The position numbers were made by a program, and so were the translations under genes. A DNA stretch of 64,000 bases from Haliotis rubra (Eukaryota). Location: contig NW_025765187.1 in NCBI RefSeq assembly GCF_003918875.1, positions 1 to 64,000 of the forward strand, given 5' to 3'. Position 1 is the first letter of the stretch. Every line of letters starts with the position of its first letter. The notes beneath the pieces were generated by a model. It worked only from the letters and a program-made list of their open reading frames with translations. It was not told where the DNA came from and made no database searches. Shown here piece after piece: positions 37,653-49,205 of this stretch.

Positions 37653-39969
37653 ATGGCGACTGCCAAGATACTGACAGACCACCACCTCACCTGTGTCATC
37701 TGTACTGAGGTGTTCACAGACCCTACCACACTTCAGTGTAATCACACATTCTGTAAGTCCTGTCTGCTGAAATACACCAACACACAGCCTGAAGCAATAC
37801 AAGCCAAGTCCATCCCATGTCCCTCCTGTAGACAACTGACGAAGGTGACCACCCCTGACAGTCCAGTAGAGGAGTGGGTCAGTCAGCTGAAACCAAGCCA
37901 CGTCATACAGGGACTGATAGATGACTTTGGACCAGGGGGCAAAGGTAACGAATTGGCACTTGACGTTCAATGATTATTTTTAAATGTTGTGGAAATATGT
38001 ATAATACGTTTGAGTCAGTTGTGGAACAAAATTTGTGTTTTGTTGTAATTTTTAAATTGAATGAGTTTATACACTCCATGAATAATTTATGGATATTTTG
38101 ATTTGAGAACACTATTTCAATTTTTCAAGTGTTTGCTTTTCTGTAAACCCGATACATTAACGACATTTATTTTCGACATTGATTACTTCTCAAATACTTC
38201 TTGTCTTGAAAATCAACTTTCCAACACCGTCATTTGTATCTAAGTTAATCTACTTGGAGTGCGTCTGATTCTAGGAAATTTCCATGCCCTAATGAATATG
38301 TTCCTTTACCCAGAAGAAAATCCAGATTGCTCTTTGTCATTACAGCGGCCCTTGTAAATATCTGCAGTGTTTGCAAAACACAAGGGAAGGCAAGTCCTGC
38401 CATCGGTGCCCGTGGTGCTCCGTCTGTGACGAGGTCTTCTGTTATGGATGTCTGAAGATGCACAACATAATGACAATGTTACGTGACCATGAAGTTTTCG
38501 GCGTGTCTGATACTACCAAAAGAAAAGCCAAGCAACGCTCCATGTGTAAAATCCACAAAGACAAACAGATCGAGTTGTTCTGTAAGGATTGTAGGATGGC
38601 CATTTGTCATACATGCTGCAGTATAAAACACAGGAAATGTGACGATGTTGATACTTTAGATAACATGATCCCTGTTATCAGAGAACACCTGTCAAACCTG
38701 AAACTCAAAATGACAACTTCAGAAAAGAGAATTATCTTCAAGAAATCTCAACTTGAAAAAACAGTGTCTAATGCGCAAAGTATAAAAGATGAAATCAGAC
38801 AATTACGTCAGAAAGTGGTAGAAGTGATTTTAAGGAAGGAGAAACAACTCCTTGTTAAAGTTGATCGGTTTTCCAATAAACAATTACAGGAATTACAAGC
38901 AGAAATAAAATCCCAGGAGATTGAGCTGCAGATGTACCAGCAACAGTATCAGTTCACAGTAAATGCTGTCACGTCCAACTGTGAGATGGACATGTATGCC
39001 GTCTATGAGTCTGTTGGTGAGGAGTCGACAGACAACAGAGACACGGACAACCGACCCGCACCAGGAAGGGTTGTATTCACTCACGACATGGACAAGCTGA
39101 GTAAAGCAGTGGATGAGCTACAGCTAGGGGAGGTTGAAGTTGTCAGTGGTGTGAGTGACCACCAGTCTACCCCTGTTCTACATCACACTATTGACTGTAA
39201 GGCAGATGATGACAGTGGGGGTCCTGATTTGTTTGACGTCACAGTATTGACTGTTGATGGTATAAAAATAACAGTAGTTGCAGACTACACTAACAACAGC
39301 ATCAAAACATATCTAACATCAAAACAAAACACACTAAGTAATCGTCTATACGTTTCCAATTGTCCTCGTCAAATAGCAAAGCTAAATGAGCGTCGGATAG
39401 CTGTCAGTGTTCCGGTGAGTCAGGAAATAGTTACAGTGGATGTTACTCCAGATCCTGTATTGCTGTCAACTATCAAAACAACTAAAAGCTACTTCGCTCT
39501 AGCCTGTCTGAGTCCTTCACTGCTGGTGGCAGGTACATAAGAACAGTCTCACTCTGTGGACATACTGAACATGACAGGGAGGACACTGAAGTCTATCAAC
39601 ACGGGTGTCATAAAGAATCCAAACTATATCCATGTCACCAGTAATAACAACTTGATAGTCAGTGAAGCATCAGTAAAATCCCTCGTATCTGTGACCAGTG
39701 AAGGAGAAGCTGTTTTCACCTACACTCCCACAAGGGACAGAGCTCTGATGTATCAACGGGGTATCACAACAACCAGCACAGGAGATATCCTGCTTGTAGA
39801 CCGCGACTCCCACAAGGTGATTCAGCTGACAGCGTCAGGGCAGTTTGTCAGAGATGTCCTCACACAACAGGATGGTCTGGAAGATCCTCGTGGTATCTGT
39901 CTTGATGGGGACGGGTTTGTGTATGTTACATGTAGGCGATATGTAAAGGTATTCAAATTGAAAAAGTGA
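37653..39969 (+). pseudogene. TRIM-NHL copy 3, join(37653..37944,38346..39969), disrupted
   Basis: A 5-nt insertion GGTGC (38405-38409) shifts the frame in B-box1 and gives a stop at 38453-38455. There is also an in-frame TAA at 39538-39540 and a 12-nt deletion in the coiled coil. The RING exon is intact. Confidence 0.9.
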
Positions 39970-41011
39970 GACGTGTTTCAAATATACTCTTCAAAAAAAG
40001 TAGGTGATTTGTTTTTCATTTACGATTGATAAAGCTGGGAGATATATCGGAGTAAATCAATGTTGATATGATGATAATGAACATTTTAGAGTGCATCGCC
40101 ACTTGCGCTTCCTGATGACCATAGTTTGTACAGTAATCGCTGTAAAAGGATGATTGGTATATGATGTGAAATTTGCATGTGTACGATGTTCATTCAGTTG
40201 TATGTGATTCCAGCAAACAATTGTATACCAGATGCAAGATGATTGTAAAAAATGATGGTCTACAGTGATTTATCGACTAGCTTTGAAAACCGTCAAAATC
40301 CAGAATGACACCCAATGCACGTGTATGGGGCTAATGCGTTGTGCACGTGCATCCCATGCGTTGTGTTTAGGGTTGGTGATCAAGAGAAATGCCTGTGCGT
40401 TCGTAAGATGTCTGTCTTTGAAGCTTTTGTTAACTCTTATACTTCCTATCTAAATTTAAAGTTCAGGTTCCCCTGCTTTGTTTTAAGAGTATGTGAACAT
40501 AATTCGATCACACAACACAATATTTGCTACAGGCCAACGTCGGTACTGTTTATGGCTTTTCATGTCATTCATAAAGTTAGCACATTGACCAAACACTGGA
40601 TCTCATGTCTTATAGCAAATAGTTTTAATAACAGAGGTGAGACAAACGTTTATGAAGAAAACAGTAACAAATATCCATTATTATCATTTTATTCTTCATT
40701 TTTTCAATGTCCAATGTGGCTTAAGTGTGACTCACGAACTGTCTATCCGTAAAATCGAATTTATATGTTTTTCTGCATTTCTATAGGAATGTTTATGTAT
40801 TATGAATATTCAATAAACATACTGCTAAACCAAACTCACTCAGTAACTCACTCACTCACTCAATTCACAGAAGTACCTCTGTGGCCACCATTTTTCTGAA
40901 TAACTACAATGCATCTCCCTTATATTGGTTGTACAAGCACTCCCTACCACAGAGCCTAGATCTTGTATGGAAGTCACGAAGACATAAGGGCTAAGATAGC
41001 TGTGTGGGACA

Positions 41012-41445
41012 GGGTGGTGGGGTAACCAAGTGGTTAAAGCATTCACTTGTCACGCCGATTCCCCGCATGGGTACAATGTGCGAAGCCCATTTCTCGAGTT
41101 TCCCATGGTGATATTGCTTGAATGCTGCTAAACCCAAAAGTACTCACTCACTCCACAAAAGTACCTCTGTGGCCACCATTCTTCTGAATAACTACAATCC
41201 ATCTCCTGTATATTCGTTGTTCAAGCACTCCCTACCACAGAGCCTAGAGCTTGTATGGAAGTCACGAAGACATAAGGGCTAAGATCGCAGGGTGGTGGGG
41301 TGGGGTTTAAGCGTTCGTTCGCCACGCCGAAGATCAGGGTTCGATTCTCCACGAGTTTACAATATGTTAACCCCATTTCTGGTGTCCCTCACCGTGATAT
41401 AGCTGGAATATTGCTAAAAGCAGCATAAAACTAAACTCACTCACC
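41012..41445 (+). mobile_element. Two family-A SINEs (paralog of the 8840-9578 cluster)
   Basis: Same SINE-spacer-SINE arrangement as downstream of copy 1. Confidence 0.8.
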
Positions 41446-41994
41446 TCCGAGGAAAAATGTTACGTTGTACAAAACAAACAGCGCTACGATTTAGTTTTGA
41501 TAAAAATTAGAGCTTAGATGGCTCTGTGGAACAGCATCAGGTTCCTGGGCAAGGGATCTTGATAGATATTTGAGTTTACCTCTCGCCAAGCAATAGTCCA
41601 GTTTTGTAAAAAAAGTCTGAAGATATCCAAACGCGAGTCTGGACCAGACAATCCAGTCATGAACATTACATCTCTGACGTAGTTGAATAGGATGACATTG
41701 ATCAAACAGGTTAGCAAATCTGACCACACAAAAACTTCCAAGTCTGGCCCATGACATCAGTGAGCAATTTGTATGGGATGACATGCATCAAACAAAGCTG
41801 AAAGTCTTACAACACGAAAATATCCTAGTCTGGACCAGACAATCAAGTGATTAACATGACATCAGTACCTTGTATAGGATGACATTCATCAAACTAGTCT
41901 GTGAGTTTGACCACACGATCGATCCTACTAGTTGCTTTATACAGTACGCTTGGGAAGCTAGGGACCAACCACGCACTGAAATCATCATAAAAGG

Positions 41995-42178
41995 TGGTGG
42001 GTAGGGTAGACGGGAGGGACGTCAAAGTGGGTAGGACGGGTAGGGTGGACGGGAGGGACGTCAAAGTGGGTAGGACGGGTAGGGTGGACGGGAGGGACGT
42101 CAGAGTGGGTAGAACGGGTAGGGTGGACGGGAGGGACGTCAGATTGGGTGGGGCGGGTGGGAGGGGATGGGATGGGAA
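41995..42178 (+). repeat. G-rich 39-bp minisatellite, about 4 copies
   Basis: Units GGGTAGGGTGGACGGGAGGGACGTCAAAGTGGGTAGGAC, the same family as 10990-12457. Confidence 0.9.
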
Positions 42179-42589
42179 AGGCTTATCCGAGGGTTCACAA
42201 AGACCGTGGTCAAGACTACCAGTTGTTCGACTTCCATTTTGTGGAAAAGCGAAGGCTGAGTGGGTTAGACAGCTGACTTTGTGTGCTGGTGATAAGGTAC
42301 TGCCTCTGGGGTATTGGGTCCAATCCTGGATAGACCTTAACCCAACAAAACACTAGAATCTGTACTCTACTGAGGAAGTGTAATCCAAAATATAACATGT
42401 ATGGCAACTCTCTTTCTTACAAAGCACAACATTCGTCTTCATTCAGTTTATTTAGCAAACGGCCTCAGGCGAGCCCTTGAACACAACACACATTTGACGT
42501 GAACGTCTCATATAGTGATAACTACAAGTTCGTGCGGGTAGCGACACTTTTATCAGCAGGCAAGAGAAAAGAATCACTTGGAATTCAGA

Positions 42590-42763
42590 GTGAGTGAGTG
42601 ATTGACTGCGTTTGGTTTTACGCAGGTTTTAGCAGTATTCTAGCAATATCACGGCGGGGAACACCAGAAATAAGCTTCACATATTCTACCCATTTTGGGA
42701 ATCGAATCCGGGTATTCGGCGAGACGAGCGAACCATTTCACTACTAGGCAATCCCAACGCCCC
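42590..42763 (-). mobile_element. tRNA-derived SINE (family A), paralog of 1-130
   Basis: (GAGT)n tail at 42590 and antisense body through ...GGAATCGAATCCGGG...CCCAACGCCCC. Confidence 0.85.
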
Positions 42764-43479
42764 ATGAAATAACAAACGTTTTGATACAGTCGCAAACAGT
42801 TATGGTATCGGTAATTATGGTACCAATCAGAAAGATTATCAGCTGTTAAACAAGGAGGATAAGTTTCTTTGATGTTCAAATGTATTTTGATTTCTAAGAG
42901 AAATAGATCCATTCCTTATTTCACAGAGAGATGGATCATGATATCAAACGAAACTATAAACGATAAACATAGTTTGAATATTTTAGATGTACAAACTGGA
43001 ATAACATACATACAAGTCTTGTTTTCCATGTAGGGCAAGGGTACCTGAAGATAGAAAGGCGCTACACTGACCAGGGATACTCTACAACATAGAGTCTCCC
43101 TGCACTGACTAAACAACTCAACGTGCAGTGTTGATAAAATCATAGGGCTTAAAATTTCCTGTTACTTCATACTCACAAAACACACAAGAGTTTTCTCAAG
43201 TAAAATTCATTAAAATACCCAGTCAAGTACAGAAAAAAGTATTATAAACCCATATACACTCAAAAACGTAAGCATCGATTCATATTCGAAACAACCAGGT
43301 AACACACTCACCAACGATTTGATTTAAAAATAAATTGGAGATATTCAAATTACACATATTTCAGAAAACTGCCTCATCGAAAGACTCATCATATCAGTTA
43401 TGTTGATTCCAGAGACTTGAAAAGTTATTGTAAACAAGTGTTTGTACTTTGAAACGAGCACATACCCGTCGTCAGTATA

Positions 43480-43574
43480 TCACGTGAACCAAGCGACGTC
43501 ACGTGACACACACCACAACCAGGAAGTGGAGCGGGGACAGTCTGTCGATTGACGGTGTTGTAATTGTGGTAAGT
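43480..43574 (+). promoter_or_regulatory. Putative promoter and non-coding exon 1 of TRIM copy 4
   Basis: TCACGTGA (43480-43487), GTCACGTGAC (43498-43507), CAGGAAGT (43520-43527) and donor GTAAGT (43569-43574). Confidence 0.6.
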
Positions 43575-44654
43575 CTCACGTTAATATGACACGATACAAA
43601 CATAGATATTACTACCTATAACAGTACCTTGTGTTTTTAGCAAACATTCCTTCTGATTTGGACTGTTATCTGGGGAGTAGGGTAAGGTAACGTTATTTCA
43701 CTTCAGCACAGGTTAGGACAGAGGTTTCGCTTTAATACAGAAAGTAGACTTGGAATCAACATGGACTAACCTATGTACCAGTGTCGTGTCAGCTGCTGAA
43801 ATGTCAGTGCTGAAAATGACTACCCATCTCGGTGCCCTTCTATAAAGTGTTTGTGTTATCAACATTCATTAACACGGAGTTTTAAGACAAATCAGTACAG
43901 AACATCACGGCTTTGTGGCGATACACTTGATATCGCAGAGTTATGTCCCTTTAAATATGCAATCGTGACAGTTTACAAACGTGTGTGGATGCGTTCCTGA
44001 ACATTCACTACTTTAAGAACACCCCTATATTTCCTAATAGTACTTTGTGATGTACTTCCACTATTTACAAACAAGCGAAAAAGGTGGGATTTATACAGCA
44101 TTTTACCAATACAAAATATACATGATACTCGCTGTTTTAGAATAATACAATGAATTAACCCAGAACGGATCTTTGGGTGAACAGGTTCTTTCAGCTGCTG
44201 AAGTCCCAGACATCCGTTAGTGACACATGTTACTCATTCTCCGTTAGAAAAATGAAACAGTGTTTAGAAAACCTCGTGCATGTTGAAATTAACCCGTAAT
44301 GGAAAAGACTTTGTTCTTCTACTTTTGGTTTGAATCCAGTCAAACTATTTTCAATCAGATGATTCAGATCTTTGCTTAAAACAATACCCAGGGTTTAGGT
44401 TTTTAAAAAATTAAATCAGGAAAACTTTTTTTGTATCCATCCTCAATAAATGGTCAGTGTATTTTAAAAAGAATATGATTTTTATTCCTATTTTCTCCAG
44501 TCATTTCCATCAATGTTGTGTACATAGGTCAAACGACTTTTCCCCCTTTCCAATAGCTATTCGACTGTACATGAAAACCAGATGTTGCACCTTTGCAACA
44601 ACCCATTTTCCACTGTACTGTTTTCCATGGACAACCCAGGCTTCACGTAAACGG

Positions 44655-44824
44655 GGGGCGGTGGGGTAGCCTAATGGTTAAAGCGTTGGCTCGTCACGCC
44701 GAAGACCCGGGTTCGAATCCCCACATGGGTACAATGTGTGAAGCCCATTTCTGGTGTCCCCCGCCGTGATGTTGCTGGAATATTGCTAAAAGCGGCGTAA
44801 AACCAAAATCAGTCAGTCAGTCAG
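44655..44824 (+). mobile_element. Young full-length tRNA-derived SINE (family A) with a 12-bp TSD
   Basis: A box TAGCCTAATGG, B box GGTTCGAATCC, (AGTC)n tail, and perfect TSD TCACGTAAACGG (44643-44654 / 44825-44836). The empty site is at about 2102-2113 in copy 1. Confidence 0.93.
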
Positions 44825-46911
44825 TCACGTAAACGGTTAGTTTATGGTATTCCCCACCTTTGATAAATGCAACATTTTGAATATGACAATATAGAGTCTT
44901 TCTCCGCATATTTAGAATCAGATAATAATGATAATATTTCTATTCTTGTCATAAATGTCTATTTCAAGCGGCTCCCCGACTGAAGCTAACGTAGCGATCT
45001 CGAATAAGCTTGTTTTACTCCTGATATAACGCGAGTGATGACCACACGGTGCTTCTGTTGACTTTTACAACAAAGTACGTCCAGAGTGAAGTTTTAATGC
45101 TTATCTCTTTACATTTAGTGAGAAACGTGGCAAAATGTAGACTGTACGATCTGATGTACGCTGCAGGAAATACATATGGCACTGTAGGGAGAGTTACTGA
45201 TGGCGACTTTCCACTGTTACCACTGTGTTCTTGTTTCAGACTGTTAGACTATTATTTGTCATCTTATTGTCGCTCATCCACAGATGTTTTAAAGGTCCGA
45301 CAACGAATTGTGGATGGTAGCATTTCTATTATAAGTGTTCATGACTTTCTGAATTCGAAAGGGCTATCGAAATTGTATTTCCTTTTTATGTGGAGTGAAG
45401 GGCAGATAATCTTTTGCTGAGAAATAACCAAAAAATAATCCAAACATTGAAAACCATCGTTAACGTATCATCAGTTATACAACTAAAGTTATGTACGTCA
45501 CTTCATTTAACATAAGATGTATATAATTCTATCGCAAATTTTATGAACATCAATATTATGAAACCATTATTTGCTATTCATGATTCGTTAACTACAACTG
45601 GCAAGTTAAACATAGCAATCAAGTACACAATACACCTAGGCCAAACTTCCTCAAGTCCGGGCACCTCTGACGTAATAATCATTTCAAATACATGTATCAT
45701 ATTTCATATCTTTCGTTCTTAGTGTTTATTTATAATATTTCTATACCTTTTGAATATTTTTGTTCAATAATCATAATTTACGCGTTAGCGATTTACAACG
45801 AAACTTATATTTGATGTAAAGTAATGTTTTGCGCAACGTTCTATAATATAAGTCTCAAACGTTTTGCATTTCTACGCTAACAAAAGATAGAATAAATCTA
45901 TAATATCATAATCAATCAAGTGAGTATTTTTAATAGGACTGAGGCCCATTTCAATTACATGTGAAAATTACTTTTCTAAATAATGCCTCAGAAAAATAGG
46001 GATATTTTTAAGAAAGACAACAAACTTGTAAGCACCTAGCACCTTGGTCTTTTAAAATAATTGTGACTTTGAATGCCCTAATGACCATGCTTTAGTCACT
46101 GAATTTAATTGTTATTAGAAATCTTCGAGTGTGTCTTCATTGTCTAATATTCTATGTGTGATTGACACCAAGAATCATTTCAACGAATATTATAATTCTA
46201 ATGATGAATGTACGAACAACGGATCGAACCTGCGAAATGATCCAAAACATGTACACTCCAAATAGATATTCTGGGTTATCGGTGTAAAAATCTGCATGGA
46301 GGTCAGAATCGAGAAATTTACGTCATTTTTAATATTTTGGTACAATGTGACATGATCATTGGTTGTTAATTATAAGATAGTCTGTAAAATATTCTCTGTT
46401 CAAACGCTGCCCGAACGTCGATGACAGTAAAACTCAACTTATATATGCACTGCAGCGACACGAACATAGAGCAGACGACTGTTTACTTGAGCTGTCAGAG
46501 ATAAATGATATGTATCAATGTATATGTGCAGGTGTTCATTGTTCATTGTGTACGTTGTTCTCATAATAATGTAGCGATGGTCGCGATTTAAAGGTTTTAT
46601 TACATGTATGGCACCTGTACATTCTACCGTTGTAGAATATGAATTAAAGCCACAAGAGTTATCCCCCTTTCACATCAGCGGCACTGAAGAATGTAGAATA
46701 TCTTTCGTGCAAGGAGCTGTCGTCTTCTGTCGTCAGTTATATTATCACTGCGCATGTCTTATTCAGATATTACGCCTTTTAATGTCGGGATGTTGCTTAC
46801 ATTTAAACGTTTCAAGAAGGCAAAACAGTTTTGTTGTTTTAGACCATATTCTCTTTAAAACTGCAAAAGCCGCGTTCATATATATTTAAACCGTATATTC
46901 CTCTTCAGATA

Positions 46912-47203
46912 ATGGCGGCTGCCAAAATATTGACAGACAACCACCTTACCTGTGTCATCTGTACTGAGGTGTTCACAGACCCTGCCACACTTCAGTGTAA
47001 TCACACATTCTGTAAGTCCTGTCTGCTGAAATACACCAACACACAGCCTGAAGCAATACAAGCCAAGTCCATCCCATGTCCCTCCTGTAGACAACTGACG
47101 AAGGTGACCACCTCTGACAGTCCAGTAGAGGAGTGGTTCAGTCAGCTGAAACCAAGCCACGTCATACAGGGGCTGATGGACGACTTTGGACCAGGGAGCA
47201 AAG
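46912..47203 (+). CDS. TRIM-NHL copy 4, coding exon 1 (RING); join(46912..47203,47578..49205), 639 aa
   Basis: RING core identical to copy 1, with donor AAAG|GTAACG at 47203/47204. Confidence 0.93.
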
Positions 47204-47577
47204 GTAACGAATTGACACTTGACGTTCAATGATTATTTTTTTAAATGTTGTGGAAATATGTAAAATTGTGTTTTGTTGTAATTTTAAGATTGAATGAATA
47301 TATACACTCAATGAATGATTTATGAAATATTTCATTTGACACTATTTAAATATTTCTGGTGTTTGGTATCTTGTCAATTCATTACATTAGTCGACTTTTA
47401 TTATGGACATTTGCATTGATTCTTCTCAAATACTTATTGTCTTGAAATTCAATTAAACACTATCATTTGTCTCTAAGTTAATTATTGTACAATGTAACTG
47501 ATTCTAGGAAATTTCAATACACTTATATATGTGTTCCATTATCCAGAACAAAAACAGCTTGTTCTTTGCCATTACAG

Positions 47578-49205
47578 CGGCCCTTGTAAATATCTGCAGT
47601 GTTTGCAAAACACAAGGGAAGACAACTCCTGCCACCTCGTGGTGTTCCGTCTGTGACGAGGTCTTCTGTGATGGATGTCTGAAGATGCACAACATGATGA
47701 CGATGTTACGTGACCATGAAGTTGTGGGCGTGTCTGATACCACAAAAAGAAAAGCCAAGCAACGCTTCATGTGTAAAATCCACAAAGACGAACAGATCGA
47801 GTTGTTCTGTAAGGATTGTAGGGTGGCCATTTGTCATATATGCTGCAGTATAAAACACAGGAAATGTGACGATGTTGATACTTTAGATAACATGACCCCT
47901 GTAATCAGAGAACACCTGTCAAATCAAAACCAAGAACTGAAAATCAAAATGACAACTTCAGAAAACAGAATAATTTTCAGGAAATCTCAAATTGAAGAAA
48001 TAGAGTCCAATGCGCAAAGTATAAAAGATGAAATCAGACAATTACGTAAGAAAGTGGTAGAAATTATTTTACGGAAGGAGAAACAACTCCTTGATAAAGT
48101 CGACCGATCTTCCGATGAACAATTACAGGAATTACAAGCAGAAATAAAATCCCAGGAGATTGAGCTGCAGATGTACCAGCAACAGTATGAGTTCACAGCC
48201 AATGCTGTGACGTCCAACTGTGAGATGGACATGTATGCCGTCTATGAGTCAGTGGGTGAGTTGACAGACAACAGACACACGGACAACCGACCAGCACCAG
48301 GAAGGGTTGTATTCACTCACGACATGGACAAGCTGAGTAAAGCAGTGGATGAACTACAGCTAGGGAAGGTTGACGTTGTCGGTGGTGTGAGTGACCACCA
48401 GTCTACCCCTGTTCTACATCACACTATTGACTGTAAGGCAGATAATGACAATGACGATCCTTATTTGTATGACGTCACAGTGTTGACTGTTGATGGTATA
48501 AAAGTAACAGTAGTTGCAGATATCACTAACAAATGCATCAAAACATATCAAACATCAAAATCAAACACACTAAGTAATCATCTACTACTTTCCTTTTGTC
48601 CTCATCAAATAGCAAAGCTAAGTGAGAGTCGGATAGCTGTCTGTGTTCCGGGCAGTCGGGAAATAGTTACAGTGGATGTTACTCCAGATCCTGTATTGTT
48701 GTCAACTATCAAAACAGCTAAACAGTACTACGCTCTAGCCTGTCTGAGTCCTTCACAGCTGGTGGCAGGTACAAATAGACAGTCTCACTCTGTGGACATA
48801 CTGGACATGACAGGGAAGATACTGAAGTCTATCAACACGGGTGTCATAGAGAATCCGGACTATATCCATGTCACCAGTAAAAACAACTTGATAGTCAGTG
48901 AAGAATCAGTAAATTCCCTCGTATCTGTGACCAGTGAAGGAGAAGCTGTTTTCACCTACACTCCCACAGGGGGCAGAGCTTTGAAAAGGCCACAGGGTAT
49001 CACAACAACCAGCACAGGAGATATCCTGCTTGTAGACTGCAACTCCCACAAGGTGATTCAGCTGACAGAGTCAGGGCAGTTTGTCAGAGATGTCCTCACA
49101 CAACAGGATGGTCTGGAAGATCCTCGTGGTATGTGTCTTGATGGGGACGGGTTTGTGTATGTTACATGTAGGCGATATGTCAAGGTATTCAAATTGAAAA
49201 AGTGA
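47578..49205 (+). CDS. TRIM-NHL copy 4, coding exon 2 (B-boxes, coiled coil, NHL)
   Basis: Acceptor ATTACAG|CG at 47577/47578 and an uninterrupted frame to TGA 49205, with the same domains as copy 1. Confidence 0.93.

Noticed and set aside
44655-44730. tRNA gene
   Set aside because: A/B boxes are followed by a SINE body, a simple-repeat tail and a TSD, and there are many degenerate copies. It is a SINE head.
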